A stretch of 14,783 nucleotides of DNA from Azolla caroliniana (taxonomy: Eukaryota > Plantae > Polypodiophyta), in NCBI GenBank assembly GCA_043228905.1, contig JBHGNT010000840.1, forward strand, positions 1-14,783, written 5' to 3'. A program made the translations under genes and the position numbers. The stretch's first letter is position 1; every line of letters starts with the position of its first letter. Below, piece after piece: positions 1 to 10,070 of this stretch. Under the pieces are notes generated by a model. It did not search any database. It was given only the letters and a program-made list of their open reading frames with translations, and was not told where the DNA came from.

Positions 1-1589
1 AATAGGAAAAAAATCCATTGTTAAGAAACTGTCTATTTAATTAGCTTATGAATGCTGGTTTGCTTGTGGTTTTGAAAATGAATTGCTGTCACAAATGCAA
101 AGTAATACAATTAGTATTATTTAATATAAAAAGGGTTTAGAATAGTAAGTTTAACAATATTAATCTTCAACAGGTAATAGGGTTCCCTATATATACGTAA
201 TTAGTGATAACCATCTATAGTGGCGCTCAAATCCAGTAGTAAAAAAGTGCCAGTGTAGGAGTAGATGATTAATAGTGGTGTTATTCATTAATTGATCAGA
301 TTTTAAAAGTTTAAATAATACAAGCTTCTTCCGATACCAACCTCCAGTTATTATGTACTTTTGTTAATTTCCAAAATATTTTTTTAAGAACGAACTTGAC
401 ACAAGGGACATGCAAACAAATTGTAACAATTAAATAAAACATGGTCCGTTATACGGAACTAATTTAAATAAATGTCTTTAAATTAATTATCAAGACTTTT
501 CGTTTTCAAAATTAAGGAAGTAATACCGTTGAATTTGGTGGCCTGGATTCTTTCTTATAAAACATATCGAATAAACGTCACGTCGTCGATTTATAAAGCG
601 AACTCTAGACAAGACGTTTAGATGCCAGCAATTACTGGATTTTATTTAAATATAAATAATAAAAAAAATATTAAAAAAGAAAATGTAAAAAGTATCATTT
701 TGTATTGAAAAAAAACCTGTTTAAATAAAAATTAAATACTGAATGATAACATATATTTTTTTTGACGGACTTTAAAAAGCAATACATTTTTTTTTTTTGG
801 GTAATACTCCCCGAAAAAAAGGCGAGTTTGGTTACCATAAGCTATTGGATCAAGAACTTAGTTAAGAGACCAAGTCACTTTAGTATTTTCTATGTTTTTC
901 CACCTCTTTTACCGGATAATTATATAAAACAACTATTATTTTGAGGTCTTACTAATATTTTAACTACAGCACCGCAAGCATTTCAAATCTATTATGAAAA
1001 GTAAGCGGGATATCATTTTTTTTCTAAGATAAGAGCCAATAAAAAATAGTCTACTTATATTTTTTAATCTCTTGTGTAATCTGGATAGATTTTTCCCTAT
1101 GACAAACAAGCTTTTACAAAACTATAAAAGGAAACGAAAAACTTGTTTTTTTTTATCGGTTTTAATAAAAAATGAATAAAAATATTTTATGAAAACCAAT
1201 GACAACGAAAATATCTAATGTACATCATTATAATTATACTCTTTGTGCTTTTTTTGTATTTTTATATCCTAAACCCTCCTTTCAGTTAACATATTGACTT
1301 TTATAAAAAGTTTGTTCAAAAACCAACATAAATTTAAATCATTCAAAGATATTTATTTTGGGCCATGTGGCTTGGATTTTTGTAAAAGATATGGAATAAA
1401 TTTCACTTTTTATAAACAACCAGGACTAGCCATTTCGTCGCCAACTAACTATATAATAATAATGTTTTAAAATACTTTTAAGAAATTTGTTTATTAAGTA
1501 TGTCTAGTTTAAAAGTAAGTTTAAAACGAAAAATGTTTAAACATACATTAAAAAAAAAACTGTTTCCAGTTCAAAAACGACAAATCAAC

Positions 1590-1990
1590 ATTTTAATAAT
1601 GTTTTGGATCTAAAAACAAAAAACACCAATATATCAATAAGCTATAATTTCCATTAATCGCGAACTATCTAACACGGTTATCACTCTTAATTTTAGTTTT
1701 TGCCATCCATATTAGCATAAAACGGATGGGCGGTTAATAATGGTTGGAACCATTCTAACTAATATTTAAAAAAAGAAAATGTATAGACAAGCCATAAACT
1801 AAGTAAACTCTTCTCCAAAAAATAATAAGTATTTTCAATCTCTAACTTATATGGACATCCCAGGCCAGAATAATTTATTATTTTTAAAAAATCTTGATCT
1901 TGACATCGTTTTTATACCAGCTAATTGGACGGTTTTATTAAGAATTGTAAAGACGAATAAAAAGTACCAGTAAGGAGTATATGGTATATA
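1590..1990 (+). mobile_element. Highly decayed RTE-type LINE 3' remnant
   Basis: Motif remnants in the expected order across frameshifts: FGSK 1603-1614, NREL 1656-1667, TILTNI 1749-1766, *TSH (WxGH-like) 1784-1795, GHPR (GRPR-like) 1853-1864, DLDIVFIPANWT ending 1931. Confidence 0.45.
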
Positions 1991-3787
1991 TAGTATTATC
2001 ATCTACAAAAAGGTATATAAGTCAAACAGAACTTTTTCCAAAAGTATTATTAAATATAAGAGATCTCTTCTGCCAATCCCTTAATTTTTAAAAATCATAT
2101 TTTTAGTAACAATTTTGATATTTTTTAGGTTTAAATAAGGGGATTTTTTTTAATTCTTGGGTGTTTTTAAGAATTAACTTTAAAAATTCAATCCATTGTT
2201 AAATTACCAAATTAATTTAAATAATTCACTTTTGATAAATCTGTTTTCTCTTTGTAAACAAAAGTTGATTAGCTGCGTAGTCGTTTCTCATTGTCTATAT
2301 TAAGCTTTTAGGTAAATTGTAAATAGTATGTATTTCATGGGTTGTTTATATTTGTCAGTCTACAGAAATTACTGTCTAACTAAACATGCCACTTATCTAA
2401 TATAATGTTTAACAGTTTTTGTAAAACTCAAAACACCTTGTTTTATTTATTTAAATATAAAACAAGTAACCTTGTAATTAGTAGTAGTCATTAAAGGTTC
2501 TATTTTGAAATGGATATCATATTTTTGGTTGCCCTAATAAACTGTTATAGGGGTGTACTATGTAACCCCAACAAAAATATTTGGTTTGTATCATATATAC
2601 AAAAACTTTCTCCTCAACTCTTATCCTATCCTACAAGTTTCTTTAAGGTAAATTCTCTTCAAAGAAACATTATCCCGGGCTGCAGATATAAATATTCGTC
2701 AGAGAAAAGGTCGACTTATATTGTGTGGAACCCTTCGTCTAACTTCAACCCTCTTCGAGGGCGTGAAATTTGTTTTCGTAGGACAAGAATAGCAAAGGTC
2801 AAAGGACATTTTTTAAACTTAAAGTCCATTTATTATCCGCTATTATAAGGACCTTTATATGGAATGAAATAAATCAAATAGTTTTATGTTTAAATAAGTC
2901 TAAGTAAGAAACATACAACCCCTATTACTATTAAAATAAAAGTTTTACGTTTACCAACTAAAAAAATATTATTTTATAAACAAAGAATAAATGCACATAA
3001 CTTTAGATTAAGAAAATGTTTCATAATTCGTAAATATTTAGCTTCTGTTAAGCCGTAGAAATCAAAATTTTAATCATTTTATTTAAAATGTCCCGAAGGA
3101 CCGAAACAGTAATAAACACATTATTTCAATTTGATACCCAGCAGCCACAACACCGAAGAAATTTCATTTATGAGAATTTCCAGCGCTTGTTTTCTGGCTA
3201 AAATTCAATTTAAACCCAACTTAAAGAAAGTTACGACAATATGAGTTTGGTGATAAAAGAAAACGAGTCAAAGATATTAAGCAAAATATGGAAAAAAGTG
3301 CCAGACATTGGATTCAATTTTAATATTTTGAACATCGTGATGTCATGAATTGTGGCATAATAATATTGCTTCCGATAATCGTTTGAAAGAATTCTGTTTG
3401 TGTCGTTAATTAATTAATTTTAAGTATTTCAAACAAAAAATATCTCAATTTATAAAGAACAAGACTCTGCAAATTAAAATGCTCATGTTATTAAGCGACA
3501 CACTAATCATTTTGATAAGTTTTAACTAAAACATCTTTTTTTTTAATAATATTGATATTTAGTAAAAAATTATCTGATTTTGATAATAAATGTAAAAAAT
3601 GATTGAAATAAAATATGATACCCATTTCTGTTTAAACTTTTTGGAATCATACTCGCCACCGCTTGGGATTTAAACGTTTTAGATACATTTTACAGATAAC
3701 TGTAAAAGGAGTGTAAATAAAAACTGTAAATACAAACTAAAGTATTATGGCTAGTGTTTATTTCAAAGCCCTGTACAATTCAAGCCA

Positions 3788-4429
3788 GTCGTAAAAATAC
3801 AAAGATCATTTTTTTTCATATTTAATAGTAAATTAAGCCTTTTCTTGGCAATCAAGATATTTATGTTTTAAAAGATAAACTACAACAATATAATTTTCTC
3901 GTTTAAAATATTTACTTGCGATTTCACGACTCATTGCAATAATAAAATTTTTACACGAACGCAAAGTTTACTGTTAACAAATTCCAGATCATTTAGCAAG
4001 TTTATAGCACTTCAAAACTACAAAAACTTTGTAAGCAAGTAGATTAAAATGGCGTTAACGTTTTATTAAATTCCTCGCAAGAAAATTTAATTATCTTTAA
4101 AACCCTTTGGAGCTAAAAAGTTACGAGATAATAAAAAATCCGAAAATTTTCAATTTAAATTAAAAGGTGCCTGGAAAACTCCACTTTACATAAATTGATT
4201 CTAAACCCCGCATGACGGCACAAAAAAGCATACTCTTATAGTCGACTATTAAATCTCCCAGATATCAAATTGAAATTCTGGTCGTAAAATTGCAACCAAC
4301 GTAAAAAGTTGCGTGCAAGATTGTATGACGCTGCTATGTATGGCTAAAAAATATTCAACAAATTAAAAATAAAACTTTAAAGTAAAAACACGAAACACTA
4401 ATTTTTAATTTGCTTTGCAATTTTACAAT
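3788..4429. repeat. Four copies of a 15-bp motif (GTCGTAAAATTGCAA) in alternating orientation; probable non-autonomous DNA element remnant
   Basis: Copies at 3788-3802 (+, 13/15), 3916-3930 (-, 13/15), 4281-4295 (+, reference) and 4415-4429 (-, 13/15). Confidence 0.5.
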
Positions 4430-4519
4430 AAAGGGTTAAAATACGAAAATTGTTCATTTTTCTATCCCCATTAATTTAACCAACTGTTTAAGAACTATTT
4501 TTATATAATTATAATAATA

Positions 4520-5140
4520 AAATAGCACGATCCTACTTTATTTATGTTCCATTAGCGTTAGGTTATCCTTATACATTGCTTTAATACAGCGCTTTGGGGT
4601 CTACAGAAGCCTTTATTGTACTTCAATTGTTACTGTAACACCAATTAACCGATACCATAGGACTTATAACGAAACCCATTCTAACAATACCTACTTACTG
4701 GTTATTCTTGCAAGATTAACATTTATTCACCCATAATCCAAAGGAATTATTGCTTAAAAAGCACCTAATGCTAATGTACAAAACAACATACTTTCTGTGC
4801 ACCGGAGGAGTCCGTAACTTGTTAATCGCTTTGCCACCAGAAACTTCCTTGAAATATTGATTACTAAAAGATATTGAATTTTAGTTTTAGGAAACAATAT
4901 GGTTAACAAAGTGCCTGTATAATATGAAACCACCCTAACAAAAATATTGCAAACAACTGCTTATTATGTCAGGGACAGGCTAGGGAGCTAATTTAAACAA
5001 CTAAATTGAGCCTATATTAAAAATACCCAAAGCACACTCACTATATGTATTTAAGTACTGTAATATCTGCATTTGATTTTAAACCAGAAAATAAAGCACA
5101 TTAGACCTTCGTTAAATGATTTAAAAGAATGTTTAAGGGT
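4520..5140 (+). mobile_element. Highly decayed Penelope-like element (RT C-terminus, linker, GIY-YIG endonuclease)
   Basis: Ordered remnants: RLSLYIALI from 4560 (cf. LPFLDI), VYR-KP with 1-nt loss 4599-4612, TIGLITKPIL 4654-4683 (cf. IIGLVDRAIL), NPKELL about 4735-4752 (cf. YPxxxI), LKD 4864-4872, NMVNKVP 4896-4916 (cf. NVVYKIPC), YYV-GQ 4962-4978, AFDF 5069-5080. Order fits Penelope ORFs but each match is weak. Confidence 0.5.
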
Positions 5141-5799
5141 TAGTTCCATAGTGCTATAAGTTGAAAGGTATGCTTGCATCTAGCATCTTCAGTGCTTACT
5201 CTCTGTCGGTTGACGGTAAATAATGCACAGCTAATGTGACTTTGAGAAGACTGCCACGGATTTAAAAGTAGCTTCTTATGCGATTATATTGTATCTACAA
5301 TGAATTTTTATACATATACTGTAAGAGATAGCAAGCCAAAATAATAAAATATATCCCTAAAACCCCACCATATTTGTCACTGTTAGGTGACTAACATATA
5401 ACTTTTACTAGAAAATATATGTACAACTTTTGGTATACTGTTAAAATTCTTATGGTATAGTTCTATGCAAAATTAATTATCTATTGCATGCCTTTTGCTC
5501 ATTTATCTTAATTTTTACGGAATTAATGCACTAAAGTACATTCATTTTAGTAAGCATTAAAATATTATATTAATTAGTCAGATAATCCTGAAATCCGAAC
5601 ATTTAAAAAGTTTTGTTGAGTAATCTAATCACACACTCAACAAAAAAGACATTCTAACACTATTCTAACAGTTTTTTAAAAATAAATTTACGCCCCCGTG
5701 TTAATTTAAAATTTTGATCAGTTTTGCTTAGTTTCCGTTAGTTCTAATAATGTTTTAGACAGTTTAAATAATCCCACTCGATAAACTTTTAATTAGAGA

Positions 5800-6200
5800 T
5801 TAATTTTTTGACAAAATTTATATTTAAAAACTTGATTTGCCATTTTTTCTGTAAATTTATAGCGGTTTGCTTTATTTAATTGAATTATAACTTGTGAAAT
5901 CATCTTAGTAATCTGATTAAGTATAAACATTTTTAAAAGGGGGCTTTCTTTTGATCTTTTCTGCACGTTAATTTCGCTGTGTGGTAGCAGTCTAATATTT
6001 GTTTTAAGATAGATCTTCACTTTTCTGTTAGTTTATCGTTTATAACAAGTTCTTTCGTTTGTATTAAGTTTTTAAAAACTATATTTAAATTTGATTTGTA
6101 AGTGTTCAGTGACAACCATTGCCTGGTCTTAGCAACCCTGACCAATTTTAAACTCGGTGCAAAAAAGTTCTGTATCGTCTAAGCATCTTATAATTTTAAT
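5800..6200 (-). mobile_element. Possible second Penelope-like GIY-YIG remnant
   Basis: IGQ (6146-6138) and VTEH (6113-6102) are in frame with the exact spacing of IGQTxRxLxxRxxEH. Downstream NIRLLPHSEINVQKR (in ORF 5793-6020) resembles NVKILHxExNxxKR. Confidence 0.35.
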
Positions 6201-6254
6201 ACATACTTCAATTTATTTTAATTTAGACATTGTTTTTCTATAAAGATGCCCTCT

Positions 6255-6811
6255 CAATATAGGTTTAATAGCAAAGCCAACAATCCACATTTTAACTTTA
6301 TGCAATTCTCCTGCCTAAAGCACAAAGATGTACATTTACAATATAAAATTTACCACAAAAAAAGCCAAAACTATAATATACAAAAAGAATAATATGATTA
6401 GTAGAAACATGAACTGGAAGTTTGTGACACAGAGCTCCTAAGAAGAGTTAACAGAAAGCTCTTGCGCAAGATATATGGCACTGTTCGAGACCCTGAAACT
6501 AGCCATTATAAAATGGAAAGCAACGTTGAGCTTGCCCAAATTTAGCAAAGCACTGAAATCATTCAAAAGATAAATTCAGACCAAGACAGGAAGGGCACCA
6601 GAAAAGAAGCCAAAACGAACGCATATTAAAACGGTTATTGGAGCATCATGGAAAAAGAGCAAAAGAGAGGATCTAAGGTCAGGTAAAGAGATAACATCAT
6701 TAAGGATTTAGAATACTTGGGGTAGACCAGCAAGAATACAGATACGACTGCTCTAGGCGGACTAAGATTGACAAGGCAGCCATAGGTTGTTTTGTTACGG
6801 AGTAGTAGTAG
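6255..6811 (+). mobile_element. 5'-truncated, decayed RTE-type non-LTR retrotransposon with (AGT)n tail
   Basis: Frame from 6426 reads DTELLRRVNRKLLRKIYGTVRDPETSHYKMESNVELAQI*QSTEIIQKI, like the RTE consensus RKILRKIYGP...R.N.EL..LY...II..IK. It is preceded by an ET*T (ETWT-like) motif, has DNIIKDLE later, and ends in AGTAGTAGTAG at 6801-6811. Short tandem tails are characteristic of RTE. The 5' boundary is approximate. Confidence 0.85.
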
Positions 6812-8317
6812 CAAATATCATATACACTTTTTAAATTAAAACTAAAAGATTGTTTGTTTTGCCGATAATTGGTAAAAGTTAAAATATTTGGTGTATTAAT
6901 ATACATTTTTTCCAATGAGAGAAACTAAAAGTCTTCTGAATCCTTTAAATATAATCAGAAAATTAACAATAATGTATAAAATCTACTAATACTGCAGCTT
7001 TATTAAACCATATAATGGTTGTCATATTAGGAAAGTGGGTACGCCCCCAAAAAATAGATGACTTGAATCTATACATTACATAAAAAAAAGTGTTATGAGA
7101 ATTACGAAATATATACCATAATAAAATAAATTATAATTAAATTGAAGATCTCACAAAACATCTGCTGTGTAAAATACTAATGATAATAGAAAACAAGAAC
7201 CTTATACATCAGTCAATAATAAAATAAAAAAAATCTTTTTAAAGAAAATTGTACCTAAACAATCTTAGTTCTTTAACACCAGACATTTTTCTTTAAAAGT
7301 TTCAGTTTAAGAAGAGCGGTTCTCTTAAAAAATTTCGCGGATCATTTGAAGAACGAAATTGGATTCTTTCTCAGCGAATTCAGGTTGAACGCGTGCAGAA
7401 AATTACGTACATAAAAATAAACCGTAGGGAAGAGAAGAGAAAAAAAAACGTTTTAATGTTTTAAATCATGTAGATTACCCGCAAAATCGATCCAGTCGGT
7501 TTTTTAAAAAAGTCAGGCGGAATTTAAAGTACCGAATAAGCAGCTTATGGCTTAGAGTCGGATATCGAGAATGGTTGAATAGACCGCAGGAATTTCAAAA
7601 AGATTTTTGCTTTAATACGAACAATATTTGAGTATTCGGCTAACGTTCAATATGGAAGTTGGAAGGTTTTAATTTTTATTTAAAGCCGAATTTAAGAAAA
7701 TAATATCAACGCAGAGTACTAAACCTATTTTAAAGGCGGCGAATGTTTCTAATGGCACATTAAAACACATCCCTTTTTTTGAAAGGTACTTACTGGTTAT
7801 TAAAATATACGATATAAAATGTATATATTAAAAGTAGTATCGGTTAAGACCAGATACAAATAGCTTAAAAGTTCAGGTTTAGATATCGACGGTAGATTTT
7901 TGATATAGACCAGGTTTTAACGTTACAAAATAAAATATTAAGGGACATAACCAATACTTTTGCTTATAATACGGTTAAAACATTTGGTGCGCAATAAAAA
8001 TACTGATTTCTAAGTCAAATGGGTGTTGCCCCACCCTGGTAAATTAAAATGCTGTTTAGATCACTATTTATTACAAAAAAACATTTTTTTAAGGTTGCTG
8101 ATACATTCTTTTTAATTTATTGTAAATGTCGCTAATGGAAAAAGAATTGATATTATTTTAAAAATAAAACACCTTTTAAAATTTTATTTTGATATATATT
8201 TTTCTGTAAAGTAGCTTGTCCAAAAAACTTAAATAAAAAGAAATGTATCTATTAATACACAAGAGGCCCGATTTTTTGTTGAACAATATTTTTTAATTTG
8301 AATTTTTTAAAGAAAGA

Positions 8318-8560
8318 CATTCATGAGATAAAGGTATACCAAGATAGGCAGGCCACCTGCAAAAAAGCCAAAACGAGCGCCAATTAACACGGTAATGAGA
8401 GGAATTATCAATAGGAACAGGTCACTGGGAAGACCAAGGCTCCGATAGAGAGATACCATTATTCAAGATTTAGATATCCTTGGAGAAGAATGGAGATATA
8501 TGACTCTTGACTACCTTAAGGGGACTAAGATAGACAAGGCAGCCAAAACATCATGGGTTG
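8318..8560 (+). mobile_element. RTE-type LINE ORF 3'-end fragment inside tandem unit 1
   Basis: Translates PR*AGHLQK (consensus LRWAGH) near 8339-8365 and GRPRLR*RDTIIQDLDILG at 8428-8484. These are typical C-terminal motifs of RTE-clade ORFs. Confidence 0.8.
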
Positions 8561-8761
8561 GTATTTTTGGTACTTTTAAATTTTATTTTAATTTTGACAT
8601 ATATTTTCTGTCAAATAGCTTTTCCAAAAAACTTAAATAAAAAGTAATGTATCTGTTGATATACAGTGGGTCCGATTTCCAGTTGAACAATATTTTTTTA
8701 TTATAATTTGTCAAAGAAAGAAATCATTCAGGAGATAGAGGCAGACTAAGATAGGCAGGCC

Positions 8762-9825
8762 TAGAGATGGGCAGTGGGTAAATACCCACCGGTTAGGTAA
8801 ATAAAAAAGGGTATATACCCAGGTATTTACCCAGAGCCTAATTACCAACCCAAAAATGGGTATTTTCACTTCTTTTTTAAAGTAAAGTATGGAATGCAGA
8901 TTTTGTGATGATTAAAATTGGATGACACGAACCTATAAGTAAAGAAGAAGAAGAAATAGGATATGTATTAGTGAATTCCAGTTTTAACATTAAAATTCGG
9001 CTCGGGTTAAAGTTTAGGTGAAAATTTAGTGAAGTCGAAAGTGGGATTTTATTATTAAGATGGGTAAAAAAAAATAGCATGGTAGCAATTTAATACAGAC
9101 TAGAAAGGCGTAAAATGCAAGCATTGTAATAAGCAATACAAATTCGGAAATGTAAATAAAATGGAAAAACATTTATTAAAGTGATCGATGTGTCCGGAAA
9201 ATATAAAAACACTGTTTTTAACATCTTAGAAAGCCCAAATTTTTAGGTATAGTGAACACCAAGAAAAAGCAACCTCAGCAAGTTTTGCAATGGACTCAGG
9301 AAGTTCATTCTCTGCACCCTCATTTTTTGCTTCAACTTCCAATGCACTACAATCTAACACAAGGAAACAATGAATTAAACAATTTTTTGATACAATGAAC
9401 AAATGTGAAAATGTAAGTACTTACCTTTTTATTATTTTTTTTATAATCAAGATTCTCAAGCTTGAAGGAAGGAAAATGGATCCTTGTATATTAGTGTAGG
9501 AATTTTAAACCAAATTTGTAAAGTAAAATTATTAATTTATTCCTTAAAAGTAAATAAAAAAGAACTTTGGTTTCAGATGAAACTAGATGAAGCCTTGGCA
9601 AGAGCAACATTGATAAGTGGGGATCCCATTTCCTTAGTTGAGCATCCCACTATGAACCAAGTTCTTTAATGAAATTCGACCTTCATACAAATTAGCTTCT
9701 AGAAAACGTATATTAACTATATTTTTAGATGCAGAATATAAAAAATGCAAGAAAAAATAAAACTATAGCAGGGTAATTCAAAATCTGCTCATTTACAGTG
9801 TAATGGCTAAAGCAGTTTAAGAAAT
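8762..9825 (+). mobile_element. 3'-truncated hAT-superfamily DNA transposon (left end plus 5' part of transposase)
   Basis: Starts abruptly with TAGAGATGGGCA, a hAT-type terminus. Followed by palindromic subterminal repeats GTGGGTA-AA-TACCCAC (8774-8789), GGGTATATACCC (8809-8820) and GGTATTTACCC (8822-8832), then transposase-like coding remnants. No matching right terminus (TGCCCATCTCTA) seen. Confidence 0.85.
9060..9825 (+). pseudogene. Decayed hAT transposase (BED zinc finger to first catalytic motif), two exons
   Basis: 9077-9412 in one frame reads AW*QFNTD*KGVKCKHCNKQYKFGNVNKMEKHLLK*SMCP...IKQFFDTMNKCEN, a BED finger pattern with CKHC at 9116-9127. Intron GTAAGT 9413 to TTTCAG 9576. Then MKLDEALARATLISGDPISLVEHP, a frameshift, L*TKFFNEIRPSYKLASRKRILTIFLDAEYKK, and QCNG*SSLRN at 9796-9825, resembling the hAT D-G-W-S first catalytic motif. 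Multiple stops and frameshifts. Confidence 0.85.
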
Positions 9826-9828
9826 ATT

Positions 9829-10070
9829 TCATTCAAAAGATAAAGGTAAACCAAGATAGGCAGGCTACTTGCAAAGAAGCCAAAACAAATGCCTATTAAA
9901 ACGGGTATGGGAGGAAGCATCAATAAAAAAAGGCCACTGGAAATATCTTAGATAAAGAGATACCGTTTGAAAGGATTTAGATATCCTTAAGGTATACCGG
10001 CAAGAATGGAGATAGACGACCTATGGCAGCTCTAGGTGGCCTAATATGGACAAGAAACCTCATGGGTTGG
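9829..10070 (+). mobile_element. RTE-type LINE 3'-end fragment, another tandem-unit copy
   Basis: Colinear with 8318-8560 and 6560-6790. Shared blocks include AAGATAGGCAGGC, GAAGCCAAAAC, GATTTAGATATCCTT and GAATGGAGATA. Confidence 0.8.

Noticed and set aside
762-944. 60-aa plus-strand ORF
   Set aside because: TTG start, homopolymer-driven low-complexity peptide, no recognisable motif; looks like decayed non-coding repeat.
1703-1754. Two small hairpins (CCATCC/GGATGG and AATGGTT/AACCATT)
   Set aside because: Stems of 6-7 bp are expected by chance in 15 kb; no terminator or Helitron end context.
2510-2848. 112-aa plus-strand ORF, the longest in the track
   Set aside because: No recognisable domain or exon signals; probably a chance ORF in an old repeat. 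A possible inverted pair TAAAGGT (about 2492) / ACCTTTA (2851) is too weak to call as TIRs.
3688-3707. Inverted repeat TTTTACAG-ATAA-CTGTAAAA resembling a Tc1/mariner footprint
   Set aside because: AT-rich 8-bp stem; cannot be told from chance without an orthologous site.
6700-6915. 71-aa minus-strand ORF
   Set aside because: Antisense to the RTE tail and runs into AT-rich flank; no coding evidence.
4692-7801. Exact 15-mer TACTTACTGGTTATT at 4692 and 7787
   Set aside because: Similarity does not extend; roughly one such match is plausible by chance in an AT-rich window of this size.
8877-9080. 67-aa minus-strand ORF
   Set aside because: Antisense to the hAT 5' non-coding region; low complexity.
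9484-9669. 61-aa plus-strand ORF as a stand-alone gene
   Set aside because: Its first half is transposase intron; only 9577 onward is transposase-derived, and it then frameshifts.
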